The position numbers and the translations under genes were made by a program. Below the pieces are notes generated by a model. It worked only from the letters and a program-made list of their open reading frames with translations. It did not search any database and was not told where the DNA came from. A stretch of 64,000 bases of DNA from Eledone cirrhosa (lineage: Eukaryota), in NCBI GenBank assembly GCA_964016885.1, contig OZ024740.1, positions 433,380,001 through 433,444,000 on the forward strand, given 5' to 3'. Shown piece by piece: positions 34,101 through 46,476 of the stretch (positions within the stretch are counted from its first letter, which is position 1; each line of letters begins with the position of its first letter).

Positions 34101-35581
34101 ACATTGAAGGTGAAATGGTATGGTGTTGTGTGGTGCCCACAACACATTGAAGGTGAAATGGTATGGTCCTATGTGGTGCCCACAACACATTGAAGGTGAA
34201 ATGGTATGGTGCTGTGTGGTGCCCACAACACATTGAAGGTGAAATGGTATGGTGCTGTGTGTTGCCCACAACACATTGATCGTGAAGTGGTATGGTGCTG
34301 TGTGGTGCCCACAACACATTGAAGGTGAAATGGTATGGTGTTGTGTGTTGACCACAACACATTGAAGGTGAAATGGCATGGTGCTGTGTGGTGCCCACAA
34401 CACATTGAAGGTGAAATGGTATGGTGCTGTGTGGTGCCCACAACACATTGAAGGTGAAATGGTATGGTGCTGTGTGGTGCCCACAACACATTGAAGGTGA
34501 AATGGTATGGTGTTGTGTGGTGCCCACAACACATTGAAGGTGAAATGGTATGGTGCTGTGTGGTGCCCACAACACATTGAAGGTGAAATGGTATGGTGTT
34601 GTGTGGTGCCCACAACACATTGAAGGTGAAATGGTATGGTGCTGTGTGGTGCCCACAACACATTGAAGGTGAAATGGTATGGTGCTGTGTGGTGCCCACA
34701 ACACATTGTAGGTGAAATGGTATGGTGCCGTGTGGTGCCCACAACACATTGTAGGTGAAATGGTATGGTGTTGTGTGGTGCCCACAACATATTGTAGGTG
34801 AAATGGTATGGTGTTGTGTGTTGCCCACAACACATTGAAGGTGAAATGGTATGGTGTTGTGTGGTGCCAACAACACATTGAAGGTGAAATGGTATGGTGT
34901 TGTGTGGTGCCAACAACACATTGAAGGTGAAATGGTATGGTGTTGTGTGGTGCCCACAACACATTGAAGGTGAAATGGTATGGTGTTGTGTGTTGCCCAC
35001 AACACATTGAAGGTGAAATGGTATGGTGTTGTGTGGTGCCCACAACACATTGAAGGTGAAATGGTATGGTGCTGTGTGGTGCCCACAACACATTGAAGGT
35101 GAAATGGCATGGTGCTGTGTGGTGCCCACAACACATTGAAGGTGAAATGGCATGGTGCTGTGTGGTGCCCACAACACATTGAAGGTGAAATGGCATGGTG
35201 CTGTGTGGTGCCCACAACACATTGTAGGTGAAATGGTATGGTGCTGTGTGGTGCCCACAACACATTGAAGGTGAAATGGTATGGTGTTGTGTGTTGCCCA
35301 CAACACATTGAAGGTGAAATGGTATGGTGTTGTGTGTTGCCCACAACACATTGAAGGTGAAATGGTATGGTGTTGTGTGGTGCCCACAACACATTGAAGG
35401 TGAAATGGTATGGTGTTGTGTGTTGCCCACAACACATTGAAGGTGAAATGGTATGGTGTTGTGTGGTGCCCACAACACATTGAAGGTGAAATGGTATGGT
35501 GTTGTGTGTTGCCCACAACACATTGAAGGTGAAATGGTATGGTGTTGTGTGGTGCCCACAACACATTGAAGGTGAAATGGT
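25137..35581. repeat. 43-bp satellite array (about 240 units)
   Basis: Unit GGTGAAATGGTATGGTGTTGTGTGGTGCCCACAACACATTGAA read directly. It contains a GTGTTGTG/CACAACAC stem. Confidence 0.98.
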
Positions 35582-35759
35582 TGATGAAGGCCTGACTGGG
35601 GAGGAAGATTCTTGTCTTCAAACATACCATCCATACAGCTTTGTCATAGCCAGGACAACTTACAGCCTCTCCCTTCTAGAGGAAGATGGTGCTTTCATTT
35701 CCACTTTAGACCCAGTTACAGTAATAATAATGATGTTAACAATAATATTTGTTTATGAT

Positions 35760-36183
35760 TTAGACACAAGGCCAATAATTTTGGTGGTGGGGTAAATCAA
35801 TTAAATCAACCCGAGTGCATTACTGGTACTTTATTTTATTGACTCTGGAGGGGTGAAAGGGAAAGTTGACCATGGTGGGATTTGAACTCAGAATATTCAG
35901 AGCTGGAACAAATAATGTAAAATATTCTGTCCAATGTTCTAGATTAACAACAACAACAATAATAATTGTTTCTAATTTAACCACAAGGCTAACAATTTGT
36001 GAGGAGGGGAAAGTCAATTAAATCGACACCAGTACATTACTGGTACTTTATTTTATCAAACCCGGAAAGATGAAAGGCAAAGTTGACCTCAGTAGGATTT
36101 GAACTCAGAACGTTAGAATGTCATAACTAAATACCACAAAGCATGTTGTCCAGCACTCTACCGATTCTACCAATCTACCACGT
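35760..36183 (-). mobile_element. Two tandem diverged SINE family A copies
   Basis: GGATTTGAACTCAG B-box complements at about 35878 and 36096, each with the GTACTTTATTTTAT body. Confidence 0.8.
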
Positions 36184-36409
36184 TAATAATCTATAATAAA
36201 ATAATTTTTTCAAAATTTGATTTGTCATCACAAAGTCAATTTCTTTTACCTGTGAGATATAATTAAATGGATCAACCTTAGAATATTATTGGTATTAATC
36301 ATCTTCTCACCTTCACTGGTGAATGGTTAAAGCCAAATTGAAATTAACGTAGAAAAATGAAACAATTATTATAATCAATTCTAACTTCTGGGGAAGGCTA
36401 GAACTGATT

Positions 36410-36510
36410 TAGCCCTTTTGTTACTGATAAACCTCTGGGTTTGAGACACTAGCCCCTTTATTACTGATAAACCTCTGGGTTTGAGACACTGTAGCCCTTT
36501 TGTTACTGAT
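36410..36510. repeat. About 50-bp tandem duplication (2+ copies)
   Basis: TTACTGATAAACCTCTGGGTTTGAGACACT at 36421 and 36471. Confidence 0.85.
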
Positions 36511-36570
36511 TTTCTTCACCTTGGATGAAAAACATTGGTGTCCTCAGTGGAATTTGAACTCAGGAATCTC

Positions 36571-36720
36571 CAGGGAATATACTCACAGAATGTTGAGTTG
36601 GTGGTAAATACTGAGGCACTATACCCACAAAATGTTGAGTTGGTGGTAAATACTGAGGGACTATATCCACAAAATGTTGAGTTAGTGGTAAATACCCAAG
36701 GAATATACCCACAGAATGTT
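36571..36720. repeat. 42-bp minisatellite, about 3.5 units
   Basis: AATGTT at 36589, 36631, 36673 and 36715. Confidence 0.88.
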
Positions 36721-36917
36721 CAAATGCAGCAGCTTATTGGCAAAATATACATATATATAACATTGGAAAGTTTCCAAAAAGTGCATTCTGCGTGAAAAAC
36801 TGACAGTTAAGTGCAAGCTAACATACTTATAGTAGTGAGTCAAAAATAATTTTTAATAAATTGATATTATAACTGAAAAAATCATAGGGGTTGATACAAA
36901 TTATTCTGAAAGTGGGT

Positions 36918-38400
36918 GAGTGAGACAACTGAAATCTTGGTTAACCAAAGATTAGAGTGAGAGAACTGAAATCTCGGTTAACCAAAGATTAGAGTGAGAC
37001 AACTGAAATCTCGGTTAACCAAAGATTAGAGTGAGACAACTGAAATCTCGGTTAACCAAAGATTAGAGTGAGACAACTGAAATCTCGGTTAACCAAAGAT
37101 TAGAGTGAGACAACTGAAATCTCGGTTAACCAAAGATTAGAGTGAGACAACTGAAATCTCGGTTAACCAAAGATTAGAGTGAGACAACTGAAATCTCGGT
37201 TAACCAAAGATTAGAGTGAGACAACTGAAACCTCGGTTAACCAAAGATTAGAGTGAGACAACTGAAATCTCGGTTAACCAAAGATTAGAGTGAGACAACT
37301 GAAATCTCGGTTAACCAAAGAGTAGAGTGAGAGAACTGAAATCTCGGTTAACCAAAGATTAGAGTGAGACAACTGAAATCTCGGTTAACCAAAGATTAGA
37401 GTGAGACAACTGAAATCTCGGTTAACCAAAGATTAGAGTGAGAGAACTGAAATCTCGGTTAACCAAAGATTAGAGTGAGAGAACTGAAATCTCGGTTAAC
37501 CAAAGATTAGAGTGAGACAACTGAAACCTCGGTTAACCAAAGATTAGAGTGAGAGAACTGAAATCTCGGTTAACCAAAGATTAGAGTGGGAGAACTGAAA
37601 TCTCGGTTAACCAAAGATTAGAGTGAGAGAACTGAAATCTCGGTTAACCAAAGATTAGAGTGAGAGAACTGAAATCTCGGTTAACCAAAGATTAGAGTGA
37701 GAGAACTGAAATCTCGGTTAACCAAAGATTAGAGTGAGACAACTGAAATCTCGGTTAACCAAAGATTAGAGTGAGACAACTGAAATCTCGGTTAACCAAA
37801 GATTAGAGTGAGAGAACTGAAATCTCGGTTAACCAAAGATTAGAGTGAGAGAACTGAAATCTCGGTTAACCAAAGATTAGAGTGAGAGAACTGAAATCTC
37901 GGTTAACCAAAGATTAGAGAGAGAGAACTGAAATCTCGGTTAACCAAAGATTAGAGTGGGAGAACTGAAATCTTGGTTAACCAAAGATTAGAGTGAGAGA
38001 ACTGAAATCTCGGTTAACCAAAGATTAGAGTGAGAGAACTGAAATCTCGGTTAACCAAAGATTAGAGTGAGAGAACTGAAATCTCGGTTAACCAAAGATT
38101 AGAGTGAGAGAACTGAAATCTCGGTTAACCAAAGATTAGAGTGGGAGAACTGAAATCTCAGTTAACCAAAGATTAGAGTGAGAGAACTGAAATCTCGGTT
38201 AACCAAAGATTAGAGTGAGAGAACTGAAATCTCGGTTAACCAAAGATTAGAGTGAGAGAACTGAAATCTCGGTTAACCAAAGATTAGAGTGAGAGAACTG
38301 AAATCTCGGTTAACCAAAGATTAGAGTGAGAGAATTGAAACCTCGGTTAACCAAAGATTACAGTGGGAGAACCTCTGAAATATTGGTTAACCAAAGATTA
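36918..38400. repeat. 37-bp minisatellite, about 40 units
   Basis: Unit GAGTGAGA(C/G)AACTGAAATCTCGGTTAACCAAAGATTA with a central GGTTAACC palindrome. Confidence 0.97.
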
Positions 38401-38909
38401 CATGGTTTTGGCAGTTACAGTGATTATGTCTGAGAGGTTTTGGTCTTAGACTCACAGCTGAGAAGGTTTAATAAGATAGAAACATATCCAGAGTTGATCA
38501 CCATGTCTGCCAAACACCAGTCTTCTCCATATCTCCATATAATTTTTGATTAATTGAAATTGTAGGAGTTCTCTCCCTTACTTCTTTTGACAGTCCTTTC
38601 ATTAATACTAATGACTTTTCTTCTCATTATGGTTATAATTTCAATTGATTAAAAATTATTTCCAGCGCAACCACTTCAATGTGGTAACATGAACTTACAC
38701 ATTACTATACAATAGGCTTCTGCACAGTTTCTGTCTACCAAATTCTATTCAGTTAGTATTGATGATACTGAGATGACATCAGTTAAATTAACCCCAGAAA
38801 GATGAAGAACTAAGTTATTTAAGAGGAATTTCAACTTAGGAAGTAAAAACTACTTAAGACATTTTAGTTTGTTCTAATGGCAATATTATTTATTATTTAA
38901 TTATTGGTA

Positions 38910-39120
38910 AGGGTTTGACAGTAATTGGTAGAGCATCAGACATGCCTTGTGGCATAGAGTTATAGCCCTTTACATTCTGAGTTCAAATCCTGCTGAGGTT
39001 AGCTTTGCTTTTTGTCCTTACGGGGGTCGATAAAATAAAGTACCAGTCATGCACTGGGGTCGATTTAATTGACTTTCCCTCCTGCCTAAAATTGCTGGCC
39101 TTGTGCCTAAATCAGGAACT
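38910..39120 (+). mobile_element. SINE family A copy
   Basis: A-box-like TGACAGTAATTGG, B-box GAGTTCAAATCC and shared body. Confidence 0.85.
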
Positions 39121-39157
39121 ATTCTTCAATTATCAGTAACAAAACTGACGATAATAT

Positions 39158-42100
39158 CAACAAGAGAGCCTCTACATGGTCGACTTGCTAGAAATAGCAA
39201 CAAGAGAGCCTCTACATGGTCGACTTGCTAGAAATAGCAACAAGAGAGCCTCTACATGGTCGACTTGCTAGAAATAGCAACAAGAGAGCTTCTACATGGT
39301 CGACTTGCTAGAAATAGCAACAAGAGAGCCTCTACATGGTCGACTTGCTAGAAATAGCAACAAGAGAGCCTCTACATGGTCGACTTGCTAGAAATAGCAA
39401 CAAGAGAGCCTCTACATGGTCGACTTGCTAGAAATAGCAACAAGAGGGCCTCTACATGGTCGACTGGCTAGAAATAGCAACAAGAGAGCCTCTACATGGT
39501 CGACCTGCTAGAAATAGCAACAAGAGAGCCTCTACATGGTCGACTTGCTAGAAATAGCAACAAGAGAGCCTTTACATGGTCGACTTGCTAGAAATAGCAA
39601 CAAGAGAGCCTCTACATGGTCGACTTGCTAGAAATAGCAACAAGAGAGCCTCTACATGGTCAACTTGCTAGAAATAGCAACAAGAGAGCCTCTACATGGT
39701 CGACTTGCTAGAAATAGCAACAAGAGAGCCCCTACATGGTCAACTTGCTAGAAATAGCAACAAGAGAGCCTCTACATGGTCAACTTGCTAGAAATAGCAA
39801 CAAGAGAGCCTATACATGGTCGACTTGCTAGAAATAGCAACAAGAGAGCCTCTACATGGTCGACTTGCTAGAAATAGCAACAAGAGACCCTCTACATGGT
39901 CGACTTGCTAGAAATAGCAACAAGAGAGCCCCTACATGGTCAACTTGCTAGAAATAGCAACAAGAGAGCCTCTACATGGTCAACTTGCTAGAAATAGCAA
40001 CAAGAGAGCCTCTACATGGTCGACTTGCTAGAAATAGCAACAAGAGAGCCTCTACATGGTCAACTTGCTAGAAATAGCAACAAGAGAGCCTCTACATGGT
40101 CGACTTGCTAGAAATAGCAACAAGAGAGCCTCTACATGGTCGACTTGCTAGAAATAGCAACAAGAGAGCCTCTACATGGTCAACTTGCTAGAAATAGCAA
40201 CAAGAGAGCCTCTACATGGTCGACTTGCTAGAAATAGCAACAAGAGAGCCCCTACATGGTCGACTTGCTAGAAATAGCAACAAGAGAGCCCCTACATGGT
40301 CGACTTGCTAGAAATAGCAACAAGAGAGCCCCTACATGGTCGACTTGCTAGAAATAGCAACAAGAGAGCCCCTACATGGTCAACTTGCTAGAAATAGCAA
40401 CAAGAGAGCCCCTACATGGTCAACTTGCTAGAAATAGCAACAAGAGAGCCCCTACATGGTCAACTTGCTAGAAATAGCAACAAGAGAGCCCCTACATGGT
40501 CAACTTGCTAGAAATAGCAACAAGAGAGCCCCTACATGGTCAACTTGCTAGAAATAGCAACAAGAGAGCCCCTACATGTCAACTTGCTAGAAATAGCAAC
40601 AAGAGAGCCCCTACATGGTCAACTTGCTAGAAATAGCAACAAGAGAGCCCCTACATGGTCAACTTGCTAGAAATAGCAACAAGAGAGCCCCTACATGGTC
40701 AACTTGCTAGAAATAGCAACAAGAGAGCCCCTACATGGTCAACTTGCTAGAAATAGCAACAAGAGAGCCCCTACATGGTCAACTTGCTAGAAATAGCAAC
40801 AAGAGAGCCCCTACATGGTCAACTTGCTAGAAATAGCAACAAGAGAGCCCCTACATGGTCAACTTGCTAGAAATAGCAACAAGAGAGCCCCTACATGGTC
40901 AACTTGCTAGAAATAGCAACAAGAGAGCCCCTACATGGTCAACTTGCTAGAAATAGCAACAAGAGAGCCCCTACATGGTCAACTTGCTAGAAATAGCAAC
41001 AAGAGAGCCCCTACATGGTCAACTTGCTAGAAATAGCAACAAGAGAGCCCCTACATGGTCAACTTGCTAGAAATAGCAACAAGAGAGCCCCTACATGGTC
41101 AACTTGCTAGAAATAGCAACAAGAGAGCCCCTACATGGTCAACTTGCTAGAAATAGCAACAAGAGAGCCCCTACATGGTCAACTTGCTAGAAATAGCAAC
41201 AAGAGAGCCCCTACATGGTCAACTTGCTAGAAATAGCAACAAGAGAGCCCCTACATGGTCAACTTGCTAGAAATAGCAACAAGAGAGCCCCTACATGGTC
41301 AACTTGCTAGAAATAGCAACAAGAGAGCCCCTACATGGTCAACTTGCTAGAAATAGCAACAAGAGAGCCCCTACATGGTCAACTTGCTAGAAATAGCAAC
41401 AAGAGAGCCCCTACATGGTCAACTTGCTAGAAATAGCAACAAGAGAGCCCCTACATGGTCAACTTGCTAGAAATAGCAACAAGAGAGCCCCTACATGGTC
41501 AACTTGCTAGAAATAGCAACAAGAGAGCCCCTACATGGTCAACTTGCTAGAAATAGCAACAAGAGAGCCCCTACATGGTCAACTTGCTAGAAATAGCAAC
41601 AAGAGAGCCCCTACATGGTCAACTTGCTAGAAATAGCAACAAGAGAGCCCCTACATGGTCAACTTGCTAGAAATAGCAACAAGAGAGCCCCTACATGGTC
41701 AACTTGCTAGAAATAGCAACAAGAGAGCCCCTACATGGTCAACTTGCTAGAAATAGCAACAAGAGAGCCCCTACATGGTCAACTTGCTAGAAATAGCAAC
41801 AAGAGAGCCCCTACATGGTCAACTTGCTAGAAATAGCAACAAGAGAGCCCCTACATGGTCAACTTGCTAGAAATAGCAACAAGAGAGCCCCTACATGGTC
41901 AACTTGCTAGAAATAGCAACAAGAGAGCCTCTACATGGTCAACTTGCTAGAAATAGCAACAAGAGAGCCTCTACATGGTCAACTTGCTAGAAATAGCAAC
42001 AAGAGAGCCCCTACATGGTCAACTTGCTAGAAATAGCAACAAGAGAGCCCCTACATGGTCAACTTGCTAGAAATAGCAACAAGAGAGCCCCTACATGGTC

Positions 42101-42243
42101 AACTTGCTAGAAATAGCAACAAGAGAGCCTCTACATGGTCAACTTGCTAGAAATAGCAACAAGAGAGCCTCTACATGGTCAACTTGCTAGAAATAGCAAC
42201 AAGGGAGCCTCTACATGGTCGACTTGCAAGAAATAGCAACAAG
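39158..42243. repeat. 40-bp minisatellite, about 77 units
   Basis: Unit AACAAGAGAGCC(T/C)CTACATGGTC(G/A)ACTTGCTAGAAATAGC. A TTGCTA-GAAA-TAGCAA hairpin spans each junction. Confidence 0.98.
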
Positions 42244-42954
42244 TGTCTCTACATGGTCAACTGACTTGCTAGAAATAGCAACATTTTTCTCAAACCATAC
42301 TCTACTGTTTTGAAAAAAAAGGGAAGGTAGATTTTCCAAAAATAACAGGATGGTCATAGATGGAACGTCTTTGACCACAGCCAACAACGAGATAATGATA
42401 AAGTAAAAATATTATTATTGTACGTTTAAAATAACATTTAGATAAATAAAGGTGATTCAGTGTGATTATTATGATTGGTAGATAAGGTTACAAGTTGATA
42501 GGAAATTGGCAAAGATAAAAGAACCAGAAAATATAACTGGTACTTTAACTCTGGGAGGTGTTGTGACTGGTAGATAGTATGAGCAATGGAAAGACCAATA
42601 GAAACATTGTTTCCTTGGTCCAATTTGACAAGTTCCACCTCACTCACTACATGAATAAGGTCTGGGATCTTGTCAGATTTAATATGAGAATGCAGAGAAA
42701 ATGAAACTAAATTGTGAGATACATTTAGGTCAATATTTTTCTGTTTAAAAATACTCCCCCTTCCCCACATTCCATCAAGTCGGCAAACGACCCTCTGGAG
42801 GACAACTGACTCTCTGGTGACTTTCTTGACAAATACGACATACGTGTCATGGGAATTCCATGGGAGAATACAAAAGAGATTTACCTTCCTTCAAGACAGT
42901 ATTTTGTTGACTATAGTAAATTCTGAGAGTAAGAGAAAGAATAAAAAATTGATC

Positions 42955-43090
42955 CTCGGTAGTTTGTCAACCCCAAAAGGATGAAAAGTAAAGTTGACTT
43001 TGGCAAGATTTGAACTCATATTGCAGAGAATTGAAACAAATACCACACTGGAATCTAACGGTCTTATGATTCCGACATTTCACTGCCGTA
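42955..43090 (-). mobile_element. Diverged SINE family A-related copy
   Basis: GGATGAAAAGTAAAGTTGACTTTGGCAAGATTTGAACTC. Confidence 0.65.
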
Positions 43091-43120
43091 ATACTTTCCT
43101 GGTTTCATTATAACTATTAT

Positions 43121-43850
43121 AGGCGGTAGATTGGCAGTATCGGTAGAGGATCGGACGCCATGCTAGGGTGGTAGATTGGCAGTATCGGTAGAGGGTCAGA
43201 CGCCATGCTAGGGTGGTAGATTGGCAGTATCGGTAGAGGGTCGGACGCAATGCTAGGGTGGTAGATTGGCAGTATCGGTAGAGGGTCGGACGCCATGCTA
43301 GGGTGGTAGATTGGCAGTATCGGTAGAGGGTCGGACGCCATGCTAGGGTGGTAGATTGGCAGTATCAGTAGAGGGTCAGACGCCATGCTAGGGTGGTAGA
43401 TTGGCAGTATCGGTAGAGGGTCGGACGCAATGCTAGGGTGGTAGATTGGCAGTATCGGTAGAGGGTCGGACGCCATGCTAGGGTGGTAGATTGGCAGTAT
43501 CGGTAGAGGGTCGGACGCCATGCTAGGGTGGTAGATTGGCAGTATCGGTAGAGGGTCAGACGCCATGCTAGGGTGGTAGATTGGCAGTATCGGTAGAGGG
43601 TCGGACGCCATGCTAGGGTGGTAGATTGGCAGTATCGGTAGAGGGTCGGACGCCATGCTAGGGTGGTAGATTGGCAGTATCGGTAGAGGGTCGGACGCCA
43701 TGCTTTCCAGCATAGTTACGTCCCTTTACGATCTGAGTTCAAATCCCGCCGAGGTTGACTTTGCCTTTCATCCTTACGGGGTTGATAAAATAAAGTACCA
43801 GTAATACACTGGGTAATTGCTGGCCTTGTGCCTAAAGTAGAAACAATTAT
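43121..43850 (+). mobile_element. SINE family A copy whose first 45 bp (A-box region) is amplified 13 times (43121-43704)
   Basis: Unit GGGTGGTAGATTGGCAGTATCGGTAGAGGGTCGGACGCCATGCTA matches the head of copies at 44387 and 50224. A single B-box follows at 43736. Confidence 0.95.
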
Positions 43851-43888
43851 TAAGTTATCATAAAATGGTATATTAACTCTTGGAATTA

Positions 43889-44024
43889 ATAATAATAATT
43901 GTTTCTACTTTTGGCACAAGGCCACCAATAACCCAGTACATTACTGGTACTTTATTTTATCGACCCCGTAAGGATGAAAGGCAAAGTTAACCTCGGCAGG
44001 ATTTGAACTCAAACCGTAAAGGGA
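43889..44024 (-). mobile_element. 5'-truncated SINE family A, tail-to-tail with the previous copy
   Basis: Reverse complement of the family body up to the B-box. Confidence 0.85.
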
Positions 44025-44386
44025 TTCTTGTAATGTATTCTTTATAGCCTGCACCAATCTCTGATATTTTAGATTAAAACAATTATTTGGAATAGTTTCT
44101 TTATTCTATAAATTTGAGGTAATTTTGATCAGCTTGTGTTAAACGGAATAAATTTTTTAAACTACAAAAGAAAAAAGAAAAGTCAACAAAGAAACCTTTG
44201 TATGTGGTTTGACTGATTAAGGAATGGTAGGTCCCACCTTTAGCTGTATTGTGGACTGATGACCCATCAAGGACAATAATTCTTGAGAAAAGAGTACTGT
44301 TGCTAGCAGGAAAAGCGGATGGTAAAACGACGATATTTAAAATATCAAGTATGCCTAGCTGCCATTAATTCACTTTGAATTGGCAA

Positions 44387-44575
44387 GGGACGGTGGATTG
44401 GCAGCATCGGTAGAGAGTCGGACGCCATGCTTTCCAGCATAGTTACGTCTCTTTACAGTCTGAGTTCAAATCCCACCGATGTTAACTTTGCCTTTCATCC
44501 TTACGGGGTTGATAAAATAAAGTACCAGTAATGTACTCGGTAATTGCTGGCCTTGTGCCAAAAGTAGAAACAATT
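44387..44575 (+). mobile_element. SINE family A full copy
   Basis: TGGCAGCATCGG A-box-like, GAGTTCAAATCC B-box and body. Confidence 0.9.
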
Positions 44576-44772
44576 AATTCACTTAACTTTGAATGTGTAA
44601 TGTGATAGCTATATTCCACCTGCTCATCTCACAAAGACATCCTGACTTTATCTAGTTATAGGGAGACATACTATTAATGTCACAGATTATAACAGTTGCC
44701 TACCATTTCACTTACAAAACCCTTCAGCAAGATGGAAGTATTACCCAAGCCTGACAGCCAAACTTTTAAAAT

Positions 44773-45942
44773 GATAATAATAATAATGAAATTATTGTGT
44801 ACAGTGCTCAGGTGCACTACAACTCATCAAAGGTGCATGTATAGTACATAGAATAATGTACAAATGTCAAGAAAATGAACAGTGTATGAGTCATAATATA
44901 CATGTGTGTGTGGAGAGGTGATATCAGGTGTAGAGTTGGAGAATCTCAGGAAGCATGGAGGTTTTAAAGGATGCAGTGTCTCGACAGCTAACAACTGATG
45001 TAGGTAGTTTGTTCCATGGAGGTTTTAAAGGATGCAGTGTCTCGACAGCTAACAACTGATGTAGGTAGTTTGTTCCATGGAGGTTTTAAAGGATGCAGTG
45101 TCTCGACAGCTAACAACTGATGCAGGGAGTTTGTTCCATGGAGGTTTTAAAGGATGCAGTGTCTCGACAGCTAACAACTGATGTAGGTAGTTTGTTCCAT
45201 GGAGGTTTTAAAGGATGCAGTGTCTCGACAGCTAACAACTGATGTAGGTAGTTTGTTCCGTGGAGGTTTTAAAGGATGCAGTGTCTCGACAGCTAACAAC
45301 TGATGCAGGGAGTTTGTTCCATGGAGGTTTTAAAGGATGCAGTGTCTCGACAGCTAACAACTGATGCAGGGAGTTTGTTCCATGCTTCAGCAACTCAGTT
45401 TAAAAAAATGTTTCCGAAAGTCAAGGGAGCTGAGTTGTTTTCAGATTTTATAAGCATGTCTACGGGTGTTAGACAAATGGATATCAAAAAGGTGCTCAGG
45501 GTTGTTGTTGGCAAGATGGTTAATAATCTTGTGGGTGTTTACCAAGTCAGTTGCCAGGCGTCGGAGCTTCAATGTATCCATGCCCAGGGAAGAGAGGCGC
45601 TCAGAGTATGGTAGATGCCTGATGGAGGGTATTCACTTGGTTGCTCATCTCTGAACAGTTTCCAGGAGGTCAATGTTCTGAGCAAGATAAGGGTTCCAGA
45701 CTGGTGATGCAAATTCTATGTGTGGCCGCACCATAGCTATATACAGCTTTAAATAGATAGCTGGAGAGCGGCTGACAAAGGTCTTGCTGAGTGATACTAA
45801 GACACCCTCGGCCTTCTTGACAATTTTAGAGACGTTCTTTGTCCAACACAAATCGCTGCTGACAGTAATGCCCAGGTCACATTCACAAGAAGACTTCTTG
45901 ATATTAATGTTGTGAAGAGAGTATGTGGACACAGCTTCCATC
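44773..45942 (-). mobile_element. 5'-truncated CR1-group LINE containing a 61-bp x7 internal tandem array (44954-45384)
   Basis: ORF 45645..45944- encodes DLGITVS...RPHIEFASPVWNPY, closely similar to 61035..62342. The 61-mer is single-copy in the sister element at about 51128-51192. Confidence 0.93.
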
Positions 45943-46342
45943 AACCCCCACTGATAGTAATCTAAGTTTAATGATGTGAATTGTGAACATCTTTACCACT
46001 ATATTCATGTTTACATGATACAGGAGAGGTGCCAAAGTGTGTGTGTGTATATATATATACATACACCTTCTTAAACTTATGTGTACACACATATCTTCTT
46101 AACTTTGTACAAATAACCACACACATGCTCTATATACAAAATGGTTATTTTCCTTCTCAGCTCGATGCATTCAATCACTGCTTTTAAAACAAGATCAACT
46201 TATACAACAGCCAGATCAAGAGTTTTCCAAGAGATGGCGACTTGAACAAACTGGTTTTTTCTATAAGAATTTTTCTCTTTTTCCGTTTCTGCCACTGCCC
46301 AGTCTCCTCTATCTTTCTATTTCTTCTTTAATTTCTCATTCT

Positions 46343-46380
46343 TTCTTCTGATGAAGGACTAGCGTCTGAAACATTAAGAC
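46343..46380 (+). ncRNA. Degenerate minimal hammerhead-like motif
   Basis: CTGATGA-A-GGAC(TAGC)GTCT-GAAAC-AT-TA. Core and stem II are present, stem I is weak. Confidence 0.4.
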
Positions 46381-46476
46381 TCTTTCCCTACTAAATAAGT
46401 GTAAAACTAATAATGTATTTCTTGATTGTACTGTGTTTGCTTTGTTATTTCTGTTTGCCTTTTGCATATATATATA

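Noticed and set aside
25126-35634. Very long His/Cys-rich ORFs (up to 1613 aa) resembling zinc fingers
   Set aside because: All three minus frames give the same cyclic peptide from a 43-bp unit, and the spacing is not C2H2.
36918-42243. CRISPR arrays (37- and 40-bp palindromic repeats; also the 43-mer)
   Set aside because: Units are head-to-tail with no unique spacers, there are no cas genes, and the context is eukaryotic.
43680-43760. tRNA genes at A-box/B-box motifs (here and at other SINE heads)
   Set aside because: No cloverleaf is evident, and each motif continues into a shared SINE body and tail.
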